A stretch of DNA of 64,000 nucleotides from Acidobacteriota bacterium (GTDB lineage Bacteria > Acidobacteriota > UBA890 > WLXD01): the NCBI GenBank assembly GCA_963666055.2, contig CAXWPH010000015.1, positions 1,280,001 through 1,344,000 on the forward strand. Direction: 5' to 3'. Shown piece after piece: positions 40,076 to 48,458 of the stretch; the stretch's first letter is position 1; every line of letters starts with the position of its first letter. Under the pieces are notes generated by a model. The model saw only the letters and a program-made list of their open reading frames with translations. It was not told where the DNA came from and did no database searches. Both the position numbers and the translations under genes were made by a program.

Positions 40076-41395
40076 ATGACAAGGAGTGCAATCAACCGCC
40101 GGGCTTTCTTGGGCTCGTCCGCAGCAGCAGCGATGGCGGCCGGCTGTGGCGATTCGGGATCCGCCAGCAGGCTGGCCGCGGCCAGGCAATCACGCAACCC
40201 GGTGGCGGTCGATGAGCTGCAGCCTGCGTTCTCGGAAGCCGAGTATCAGGATCGCCTACGACGCGTGCGCGAGCGGATGGCACAGGACAACATCGATCTA
40301 CTTTGGGTCATGCTGCCGGAGGGAATGTGCTACCTGCACGGCCTGATCCTCGGCTGGTACCGGGCCAACTCGCCAAAGAGCTGGCTGCCAGTCTCCGGGA
40401 CTGCCGTACATGTAGACCACGACAAGCTGATTCACTTCGACGTCGGCCCTCATCAAGCCACGTTGGACGCCATTACAGTGGTTAAGGACTTCCGCGTTCT
40501 GCAAGGCGGTATGGAGTTCGTCATCGCTGAGCTGCAGGCGGAAGGATGGCTCGGTGGTACGGTCGGCATCGACCGGTGGAGCTATAGGCCTCCTCCCGTG
40601 CTTGCGGAGCGACTCGCGGCAGCCTTCACCGGCGCCGGCTGTACGGTCGTCGACAGCAGCGATGTGATGCGCGACGTTCGGATCGTCAAGTCGCCCGAGG
40701 AGATCGCCGTCATGGATGAGGCGGGTCGGATCGCGGATGCCGGCCATGAGGCCATCCGCGCAGCCCTGCACCCCGGGGTCACCGAGCTCGAGATGTACGG
40801 CGAGGCGTTGCGGGCGATGTTCGCCGCCGGCGGGGGGACTCCGGCGTTGATCTGCGAGGTCACGAACCCCAGAGGCTGGCATGCCTGTCCGTCCCGCAGG
40901 GTCCTCGAGCAGGGTGACGCGCTGTTCGCCGACCTCTGCGGGGTTGCGCACCGTTATCACGTCAACACGTCTCGGACTTATTGGCTGGGAGAACCGCCGG
41001 CCGAGGCAGTCGAGTCGTACGTGAAGAACGCCGGTTCGTTCGCGGTGCTCAGCGAACACGGCCGCGCCGGCACCCCCATTGCCGAGGTCTGCGACGCCCT
41101 CAGAGATTACTACGACGACGTCGGCTTGGACCCGGAGGGATTTGGCTACGACCTGGGCATCAGCTTCCCGCCAGATTGGGTCGGCCCCTTCGTCTGGTCG
41201 TTCGGCCGCTACGGCGACGCTCACACCGTCGAGGTCACCGGCCTGGGCGAGGACCAGGATCAGTGGATCTTCCAGGAGGGCATGGTCACCAACTACGAGA
41301 GCGTCATCGGCGAGGCGTTGATGCAGTCCGTTGTTTTCGAGCCGGACGGGGCGCGCTTGTTATCCAAGTTGCCGATCGAGATCGCGGTCGTGTGA
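40076..41395 (+). CDS. M24-fold hydrolase (creatinase/ectoine hydrolase-like), Tat lipoprotein
   Basis: NRRAFLG plus AAGC; FSEAEYQDRL, VKSPEEI and GFGYDLGISFPPDW motifs. Confidence 0.85.
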   Translation: MTRSAINRRAFLGSSAAAAMAAGCGDSGSASRLAAARQSRNPVAVDELQPAFSEAEYQDRLRRVRERMAQDNIDLLWVMLPEGMCYLHGLILGWYRANSPKSWLPVSGTAVHVDHDKLIHFDVGPHQATLDAITVVKDFRVLQGGMEFVIAELQAEGWLGGTVGIDRWSYRPPPVLAERLAAAFTGAGCTVVDSSDVMRDVRIVKSPEEIAVMDEAGRIADAGHEAIRAALHPGVTELEMYGEALRAMFAAGGGTPALICEVTNPRGWHACPSRRVLEQGDALFADLCGVAHRYHVNTSRTYWLGEPPAEAVESYVKNAGSFAVLSEHGRAGTPIAEVCDALRDYYDDVGLDPEGFGYDLGISFPPDWVGPFVWSFGRYGDAHTVEVTGLGEDQDQWIFQEGMVTNYESVIGEALMQSVVFEPDGARLLSKLPIEIAVV

Positions 41396-41509
41396 CGGTC
41401 GGGTCCGGCGCCGTGCCGATCTGCCGCCTTCGTCCGGCTGCCGCGGCGCCAATGAGCCCGGCGTCCGGACCGCAGCCCACGACAAGGTCGCCTTCGGGCG
41501 TCTCGACGG

Positions 41510-43024
41510 CTAGCTTTGCGGCTGCGAACCTGGCTTAAGACCGGTGTATTCGAAGACGAACATGCCCGTTCCTACGCGATCCGACGCGTAGGCAAGACCG
41601 CGGTGGTCGAGCGTGACGTCATTGATCTGGATCGCCGTTTCTTGCCCGGCGGAAATAGGGTAGGAGTTCTCGTTCGTTTTGGGAATGTAGTAACCCAGTT
41701 CCGTCAAATGGTAGGGATCCGAGAGATCGACGACACGAACGCCAGCGTTGAAATAGGCAATCCAAGCAAGTCGGTCCTCGTGGCGGTTGATGCGGCCGTT
41801 CCGCTGCTCAGCGTGCTGGTGGGGACCAAAGCGCCCACCCTTGCTACAGAAATTACCGGTCGGCACCTGAAACGTCGAGACCGGCATCGGATGAGTCTCC
41901 ACGGTGACGTCGAACATGTAGGACTTCGCACGTACGCCATCCTCGCAGGGCGCCAGGTCGGCCGTGCCTGCTTCGTCGGTGACGAACAGGAAGTTGCGGG
42001 GTAGCGCGTTGCTCTTGAAATATTGGGTGAGATCGTCATAGACGACGGGCGTCAGGGTGTGAGGACCCCGCCCTGGTGGCGACGTGTCGTAGCTCCAGAC
42101 CATCCTTGGGTTCGAACGGTCGGAAATGTCCCACGCGCCCATCCAACCGGAGCCGCGGAAGCCGATGTACATCCTATTGTTGGCTTCGTCGACGATCGGA
42201 TGGTGCACGTACTGGCCCTCGTAAAGCGCTTCGTCTTCCGTCTCCTTCATGCCCGGAAGCCACGCCCGGCCTGCAAATTTCGGATTGCTCGGGTCCCTAA
42301 GGTCCCAAATCTGGAGTGAAGTGTTGCGGAAGCCGGGCTCCCCGGATGATGTGTAGTAGTAGCCCGAGTCCTGCGACCAATAGCCCTTGTGCGCTCGATA
42401 CTTGAAAGGGCCACCGCAACCAGGGCCGCACGATTCCGGGGGCGTACCGGTGATCTCGGCCACGAGAGTAATCTGCGTGGGGTCCGAGCCTCGGGTGGTG
42501 ATGTCGAAGATCTGGAACCTGAAGTCGTCACCTGTGTCTAGGCTGCGGGCGAGATAGTCCTTGCCTTCTCCGTCGTGCGTGTAGTCATAGACGACCGAAA
42601 CCGAGCGGTGATTCGCTTTCGAAACGCCAGGAATGTGCCACATCGTGGTTGGGCTGGATGGGTCCGAGATATCGATCAATGACGTCCCATTGATTTCCAG
42701 CTCCCCGGTGATGGGATTCAACAGCCCCTCTTCGTCGCCGCCGCGTGCATTCGGTTGGTGACCGACATAAAGCCAGTTTCCGTTCTCCCGGTCCGAGCGG
42801 GTCACCAATTGCAGTGATTCGCGGCCCTGCAGATCGTTGTAGCCCACAAGCCGCACGTTCTGTGCGCCGTCGGACATCGGGTCGTCTTCGGCCGCTCGCA
42901 TACTCTCGGAGCCTTCTTGGGCCGGCGGCGCGCAGGAGAAGAGTGCAAGGGATAGCCCCAAGCCCAGCGGCAACAACGTTGCGGATAGCAACGCCGTCCT
43001 ACTCGAATACTCTCTAGTCGTCAT
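41510..43024 (-). CDS. LVIVD-repeat lipoprotein
   Basis: Lipobox LFSC; VRLVGYNDLQGR, RFGPH and AYFNAGVRVVD motifs. Confidence 0.8.
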   Translation of the reverse strand: MTTREYSSRTALLSATLLPLGLGLSLALFSCAPPAQEGSESMRAAEDDPMSDGAQNVRLVGYNDLQGRESLQLVTRSDRENGNWLYVGHQPNARGGDEEGLLNPITGELEINGTSLIDISDPSSPTTMWHIPGVSKANHRSVSVVYDYTHDGEGKDYLARSLDTGDDFRFQIFDITTRGSDPTQITLVAEITGTPPESCGPGCGGPFKYRAHKGYWSQDSGYYYTSSGEPGFRNTSLQIWDLRDPSNPKFAGRAWLPGMKETEDEALYEGQYVHHPIVDEANNRMYIGFRGSGWMGAWDISDRSNPRMVWSYDTSPPGRGPHTLTPVVYDDLTQYFKSNALPRNFLFVTDEAGTADLAPCEDGVRAKSYMFDVTVETHPMPVSTFQVPTGNFCSKGGRFGPHQHAEQRNGRINRHEDRLAWIAYFNAGVRVVDLSDPYHLTELGYYIPKTNENSYPISAGQETAIQINDVTLDHRGLAYASDRVGTGMFVFEYTGLKPGSQPQS

Positions 43025-43073
43025 GTGGCATGCAACGCTTTGGATCGAGCGTCATCTTGCGCTCACCGGACAG

Positions 43074-43157
43074 TGACCTGCCCCCAAGTCTTGGCCCACT
43101 TCGTAACTCATAAAATCGGTGCGGGCAAGAGCTTGTTGGAGCCGGCGGAGCGGAGCG
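43074..43157 (+). mobile_element. IS3-like terminal remnant, copy 3, abutting the kinase promoter (43173-43201)
   Basis: Matches 7632 and 16963 and, over about 84 bp, the reverse of 55540-55623. Confidence 0.65.
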
Positions 43158-43234
43158 TCCTGGCTTCTCCCGTAGACCCCCGCGAGCCTCAGCGATAGGC
43201 TTCACGCGCTCACCCACCCTGCCTCGGGAGCGCC

Positions 43235-45880
43235 ATGGAACCCGGCACCAAGCTCGGCCATTACGAGATCCTCTCCCCGCTCGGTGCAGGCGGCATGGGA
43301 GAGGTGTACCGCGCACGCGACACCAACCTTGATCGTGATGTCGCCATCAAGGTGCTGCCGGAAGACTTCGCCGACGACGCAGCGCGGCTCGCTCGATTCG
43401 AGCGCGAGGCGAAGCTCCTTGCCTCCTTGAACCATCCCAACATCGCGACGATCCACGGCTTCGACGAGTCGGACGGTGTGCGCTTCATCGCCATGGAGCT
43501 GGTCGAGGGTCAGAGCCTCGACCAGCGGATCGCTGCAACCAGTCGCATCGAGATCGATGAGGCACTGGAGATCGCTCGCCGGATCGCGCTGGCGCTCGAA
43601 GCCGCCCACGAAGCGGGCGTCATCCACCGGGACTTGAAGCCTGCCAACGTGCAGGTTGCACCCGATGGCACGGTCAAGGTACTCGACTTCGGGTTGGCCA
43701 AAGCCTACGAAGCCGGCGGCAATGCGCCGTCGCCCGACCTGAGCCAGTCACCCACCATGATGGCCGCCACGGGCACCGGCGTGATCATGGGAACGGCTGC
43801 CTACATGAGCCCCGAGCAGGCGCGCGGCAAGCCACTCGATCGGCGCGCCGATGTGTGGTCGTTTGCCTACGTGCTGTACGAGATGCTCAGCGGTAGCAAG
43901 GCCTTCGATGGGGACACCATGTCCGACGTGCTCGCCGCCATTCTCAAGGAGGAGCCCGACTGGTCGCGCCTGCCCGCCGATACACCGCCCGCCTTGCGCC
44001 GACTGCTCGAACGTTGCTTGCGCAAGGACCCGGCGCGGCGCCTGCGCGACATCGGTGACGTGCGGGTGGAGATGGAAGACGCCAGCTCGGAGGCGTTGTC
44101 GTCGCCGGAAAGCGCTCCGGCGCCGCTCCCATCCAGCGCCGCTGCACGGCTGGCGCCGTGGGTCGTAGCGGCGGTCGCCATGATGGTGGCCGCTTGGGTC
44201 GTGTTTGGCGCGCGCCCCGGCCCCGACACAACCGCTGCCCCGATGCAGCGGTTCAGCATCATCGTGCCCGAAGATCAGCTACTGCCGGTGCGGAACTTGA
44301 TGTTGGCGGTATCGCCATCCGGCACCGAGATCGTTTATTCGGCGGAGCGCGACGGTGCATCGATGTTGTACCGACGACGCATCGACAGCTTCACTGCTGA
44401 GCCGATAGACGGCACAGAAGGCGCAGACAAGCCGACCTTTGCCCCCGACGGTGAATCCGTGGCTTTTCGCCAGGGCAACGCCGTGCGCGCGGTGTCGATG
44501 GATGGCGGGGTCCTCCGCAGCCTGTGCGCACCATGCTTAGCGGAGTTCGGATTGGCGTGGGGGCCGGACGGTACGGTCATCGCGGCGCCGGTGTGGGCGG
44601 CGCCGCTCGAGATCATCGCCGGCCCGCGCGATCCTGGCCCGATCACCGAGCTCGACCCGACGCGCGGCGATCTCTCTCACCTGTGGCCGCAATTCTTGCC
44701 CGGTGGCGAGAGCGTTCTGTTTACCATCTGGGCTGGCACAACCACCTACGGCGCTGTCCTTTCCCTCGACGACGGTGCCGTTCGAACCGTCGGCGAAGGC
44801 GGCTCTAACTACCGCTACGTGGAGCCGGGATACCTGGTGTCGGGTCGAGAGGGTGCGCTGGTTGCCGAGGCCTTTGACCTCGCGTCGCTGCAATCCACCG
44901 GTTCGCAGATCGCCGTCGCCGACGGTGTCATGATGTCGGTAGACGCCTTCGCGTCGTACGGCGCATCGTCTTCCGGGATGCTCGCCTTCCGGCGCGGCAG
45001 TTGGCTGACCCGCATCGTGTGGGTGGATCGAGACGACGGAGAAACGACCGAGGCGTGGCCCCGGCCGGGCAGGTTCAGCTCGGTGGCGGTGTCGCGCGAC
45101 GACCGTTACATCGTCGGCGACGTAACAACAAACAGCAGTTCCTACGAAGTATGGTTGCTTGACCTCGGAGCCGGTACCCCTCAACTGCTCAGCAGCGGGA
45201 CCGACGATACGAAACCAGTCTTTTCCCCCGACGCCAGCACGGTAGCCTACACTTCCGTAACGGACGATGGTTACGCAATCCTCTCGGTCTCGGTAGAGGG
45301 ATCCCGGGAGCCTGAAGAGTTGATCCGCCGCAATGCCTTTATCGTTCCGAGCGACTGGTCAGCCGACGGCCGCTATATCACGTACTACGTCGAGGGTCCG
45401 GGAGGGGACGTTTGGCTGCTGCCCACGGATGGAAGCGAGCCGGTCCCCATCACCGACAGTGCCGCCGCCGAAAGTGACGGAACGATCTCACCGGAATCGA
45501 AGTGGATCGCCTTCGTCTCCGATCGTTCCGGGCGAAACGAGATCTGGGTCGATTCCATGGACGATCCTGGCCGCCCGCAGCAGATCACCTTCGAAGGTGG
45601 TCAGATGCCGCTCTGGAGCCCCTTGGGCAACGAGATTTTTCACCGCCGCGGCAGCGAGATCCGCGCGCAGCCGATAACCACCGAGCCGTCGTTCCGCCTG
45701 ACAGCCGATTACACATCGGTGGTCGACGATGCCCGACTGGTGGAGAACGGCCGGTACCACATATCGTCCGACGGCAAGCGTTTGCTCCTGGCGCGCTATG
45801 AGGACGCCGGCCTCGAAGACCACTACTTCAACGTCATCCCGGATCTGCGGGCGTTCTTGGAACGCCAGGGTGGCCAGTAG
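43235..45880 (+). CDS. Ser/Thr protein kinase with TM helix and PD40 propellers
   Basis: Hanks motifs present; subdomain IX reads DVWSFAY; promoter TAGACC-N17-TAGGCT. Confidence 0.95.
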   Translation: MEPGTKLGHYEILSPLGAGGMGEVYRARDTNLDRDVAIKVLPEDFADDAARLARFEREAKLLASLNHPNIATIHGFDESDGVRFIAMELVEGQSLDQRIAATSRIEIDEALEIARRIALALEAAHEAGVIHRDLKPANVQVAPDGTVKVLDFGLAKAYEAGGNAPSPDLSQSPTMMAATGTGVIMGTAAYMSPEQARGKPLDRRADVWSFAYVLYEMLSGSKAFDGDTMSDVLAAILKEEPDWSRLPADTPPALRRLLERCLRKDPARRLRDIGDVRVEMEDASSEALSSPESAPAPLPSSAAARLAPWVVAAVAMMVAAWVVFGARPGPDTTAAPMQRFSIIVPEDQLLPVRNLMLAVSPSGTEIVYSAERDGASMLYRRRIDSFTAEPIDGTEGADKPTFAPDGESVAFRQGNAVRAVSMDGGVLRSLCAPCLAEFGLAWGPDGTVIAAPVWAAPLEIIAGPRDPGPITELDPTRGDLSHLWPQFLPGGESVLFTIWAGTTTYGAVLSLDDGAVRTVGEGGSNYRYVEPGYLVSGREGALVAEAFDLASLQSTGSQIAVADGVMMSVDAFASYGASSSGMLAFRRGSWLTRIVWVDRDDGETTEAWPRPGRFSSVAVSRDDRYIVGDVTTNSSSYEVWLLDLGAGTPQLLSSGTDDTKPVFSPDASTVAYTSVTDDGYAILSVSVEGSREPEELIRRNAFIVPSDWSADGRYITYYVEGPGGDVWLLPTDGSEPVPITDSAAAESDGTISPESKWIAFVSDRSGRNEIWVDSMDDPGRPQQITFEGGQMPLWSPLGNEIFHRRGSEIRAQPITTEPSFRLTADYTSVVDDARLVENGRYHISSDGKRLLLARYEDAGLEDHYFNVIPDLRAFLERQGGQ

Positions 45881-46094
45881 CGACCGTCGACCTGGTGAGA
45901 TCGCCATGAGACTCGCAACCACTCCGTCCACTGGAGGAAAGGTAGCGAGAACCCCGCTCGACTCGCTTCTTCGACTTAAACGCGTGCCACAGATCTGTCT
46001 CGAGGTTGATCCCTTCGGGAGCTGGCGTACCGAGGTGGTCGCACGAGCTGGTTGCCGGTCTGGTTGTGCTGGAGTATGGTAATATGGCATAACT

Positions 46095-46391
46095 ATGGGC
46101 ACACGTAAGGTCACCTACACCATTGACGCGGCGACGGTTGCTCGCCTCGAAGAAGCGGCTGAGCGACTGGGAAAGCCGAAGAGCCAGGTGGTTCGCGAGG
46201 CGATCAACGACTATGCCGAGCGCATCGGGCGGCTGAGCGAGGGCGAGCGGTTGCGCATGCTGAAGACCTTCGACGAGCTGGTCGGCAAGATCCCCGAGCG
46301 ACCGGTCCGCGAGGTGGATGACGAGCTCGTCGCGATCCGTGAATCGCGTCGCGTCGGCGGGCGGCGCTCCGGTGGTGGAAGCAAGCATTGA
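46095..46391 (+). CDS. CopG/RHH antitoxin (VapB-like)
   Basis: RKVTYTID...KSQVVREAI; overlaps the PIN gene. Confidence 0.85.
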   Translation: MGTRKVTYTIDAATVARLEEAAERLGKPKSQVVREAINDYAERIGRLSEGERLRMLKTFDELVGKIPERPVREVDDELVAIRESRRVGGRRSGGGSKH

Positions 46392-46774
46392 TCGCGCTGG
46401 ACACCTCCGTCCTCGTCGACGCGCTCACCGGGCCGCGACGCTCGGCTGGCGCTTTGCGACGGTCGATCGCGGCCGGCGAGCGGATCATGATCCCCTCGCT
46501 CGTGCTTTTCGAGTGGCTGCGGGGGCCACGGACGATCCCCGAGCTCGAGGCGCAAGAGGCGCTGTTCCCGCGACGGCAGGCAGCGGCCTTCGGTGAACGC
46601 GAGGCCGGGCTCGCGGCCGAGCTCTACGCGCAGGTAGCGCGTCCTCGCGGCCGAGAGATCGATCTCGCCATCGCCGCATGTGCTCTCGTGCAGGCTGCAG
46701 CGCTGTGGACCTTGAACCGCGCCGACTTCAGCGACTTGCCCGGACTCGAGCTCTACGAGCCGCCCGGATCCTGA
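46388..46774 (+). CDS. vapC: PIN-domain VapC toxin
   Basis: LDTSVLVD...E...DLAIAACA...TLNRADF. Confidence 0.9.
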   Translation: MIALDTSVLVDALTGPRRSAGALRRSIAAGERIMIPSLVLFEWLRGPRTIPELEAQEALFPRRQAAAFGEREAGLAAELYAQVARPRGREIDLAIAACALVQAAALWTLNRADFSDLPGLELYEPPGS

Positions 46775-46857
46775 GGCATCACTGCGCGAGACGGATCTCC
46801 ATCGCCGCGCCCGGGTGCGCCCGTAGCGTAGCGGCGGACGAATCAAATGGCCTACGA

Positions 46858-48249
46858 CTAACGTCCGGGGATCAACTCCAACGCGATCAGACTGTCCCTT
46901 CCCCTCAGGTAGAGGAGGCCGCGCGACAGTACCGGCGGGCTCCAGGAGGGCGTTCTCAGGAGTGCGGTCCCGTCGGCCCGGGCCGGCTTGACGGACGCTT
47001 TGGCACGGTAGGCCTCCGGTGTAGCCTCTACAAGGTGCAAGCGGCCGTCCTCGCCCAGGACTATGAGATGCCCGTCCACGTGGAGCAGAGTCGTCCATAG
47101 AAGGCCGGGCTCGCTCCACCGGATCTCGCCGGTGGCGTGGTCAACGGCGCGCAACTCCGCCGCGCCCGAGTGGCGGCCGTGCGATCCGTACAGGATCCCA
47201 TCCTGGGATACGACATTGCCGAAGTGGGTCGCCAGGCTCTGGTTCCGCCGCCCGTCCTGCCGGATGACTTCGTAGCCACCGGGCTTGACCCGCAGCAGCG
47301 CACTGCCGCGGCCGTAGGCTTCGGTGATGAACACCGTGTCGTCGACGACCACCGGGTTGGAGGCATTGACGCTCTGCAGCGGGCGTGCCCTCCACGGGAA
47401 GTGGAAGTCGATGGCCCCGTTGGTCGGGTCGAAGCCGACGAGGCCTCCGCGGGCGAACATGAAGCCCCAGCGCCTGTTGGCAATCGTCGTGATCACGGGG
47501 CTGGCGTAGCCGGCGAGCTCATCGCTGACCGCATAGCGGACTTCACCGGTCGCCTTGTCGAACGCAACGATCCCCGTGCCGTTGCCCGCAACCTGGCCCG
47601 AGTGGATCCGGCGGCTGCCTGGCGGGCTACCTCCCACCATCGCGATCAGCAGATCGCCCTCGACGACCGGCGAGCTGCCTGCACCGAAGAAGTTCTGCAC
47701 GACGCCGAAACGGTCGGCCGTAGCGACCTCCCACAGCACGCGGCCGTCGGTCACGTGGTGGGCGCGGAGCTTGCCCTCGACGCCAAAGGTGAACACTCGC
47801 TCGCCGTCCACCACCGGCGCGGTGCGTGGGCCGCGACTGTAGCCGTAGAAGTCCTCGTAAATGGAGGGGTGCTCACTCCTCCACACTTCGGCACCGGTTT
47901 CGGGATCCAGGCAAACCAGCCGAGCCTGGCCATCGTGGTGATCGAAAAAGAACAGCCGCCCCTCGGCCACGACCGCGCCGGCGTAGCCCTCTCCGGCGAC
48001 GTGCTCCCAAACCAACGGCGGACCTGACTCACCCCAGTCCGTGAGAATCCCGGTTTCCGGAGACTTGCCGTCGTCGGTCGGTCCGAGGAAGCGGGGCCAA
48101 TCGCTTCCCTCCGTGAGGGGGGTGACGTCAGCTTGATTGTGCGTCGCGCTGGGGACTGCAGCACTACCCGCGACCATGAGAAGGAGGAGAGCACAGACGG
48201 GAATCATGCACCGTGCTCCGCGGGGACTTCGCCGGGTTCGGAGTTTCAT
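46858..48249 (-). CDS. PQQ-like beta-propeller exported protein
   Basis: DWPRFLGP, GAGSSP and YASP motifs. Confidence 0.85.
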   Translation of the reverse strand: MKLRTRRSPRGARCMIPVCALLLLMVAGSAAVPSATHNQADVTPLTEGSDWPRFLGPTDDGKSPETGILTDWGESGPPLVWEHVAGEGYAGAVVAEGRLFFFDHHDGQARLVCLDPETGAEVWRSEHPSIYEDFYGYSRGPRTAPVVDGERVFTFGVEGKLRAHHVTDGRVLWEVATADRFGVVQNFFGAGSSPVVEGDLLIAMVGGSPPGSRRIHSGQVAGNGTGIVAFDKATGEVRYAVSDELAGYASPVITTIANRRWGFMFARGGLVGFDPTNGAIDFHFPWRARPLQSVNASNPVVVDDTVFITEAYGRGSALLRVKPGGYEVIRQDGRRNQSLATHFGNVVSQDGILYGSHGRHSGAAELRAVDHATGEIRWSEPGLLWTTLLHVDGHLIVLGEDGRLHLVEATPEAYRAKASVKPARADGTALLRTPSWSPPVLSRGLLYLRGRDSLIALELIPGR

Positions 48250-48325
48250 GGTGAGGAAGGCTATGCGAACAGGACTAGGTCACCAACACGTTGCCTGAGA
48301 GACTGACTTCTCGTTCGTGGGTCAT

Positions 48326-48345
48326 CTTTCACCACGGCCTGCTAG
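48326..48345 (-). mobile_element. IS5/IS1182-like end plus CTAG, inverted copy
   Basis: Reverse complement CTAGCAGGCCGTGGTGAAAG is identical to 52457-52476 and 61527-61546. Confidence 0.65.
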
Positions 48346-48458
48346 AGTCGACGCGTGGCGACTCGACGCCGGGCGGACAGAGTGGCACTGGCAACGCCAG
48401 GCTCGACGGCCTCACCGACATCGCTGTGCCCGTATCCGCCGCCAAGACGAGGTGAACG

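Noticed and set aside
43847-43875. Kinase 3 as a pseudokinase (DVWSFAY instead of DxWSxG)
   Set aside because: Catalytic Lys, HRD and DFG are intact; one substitution is insufficient evidence.
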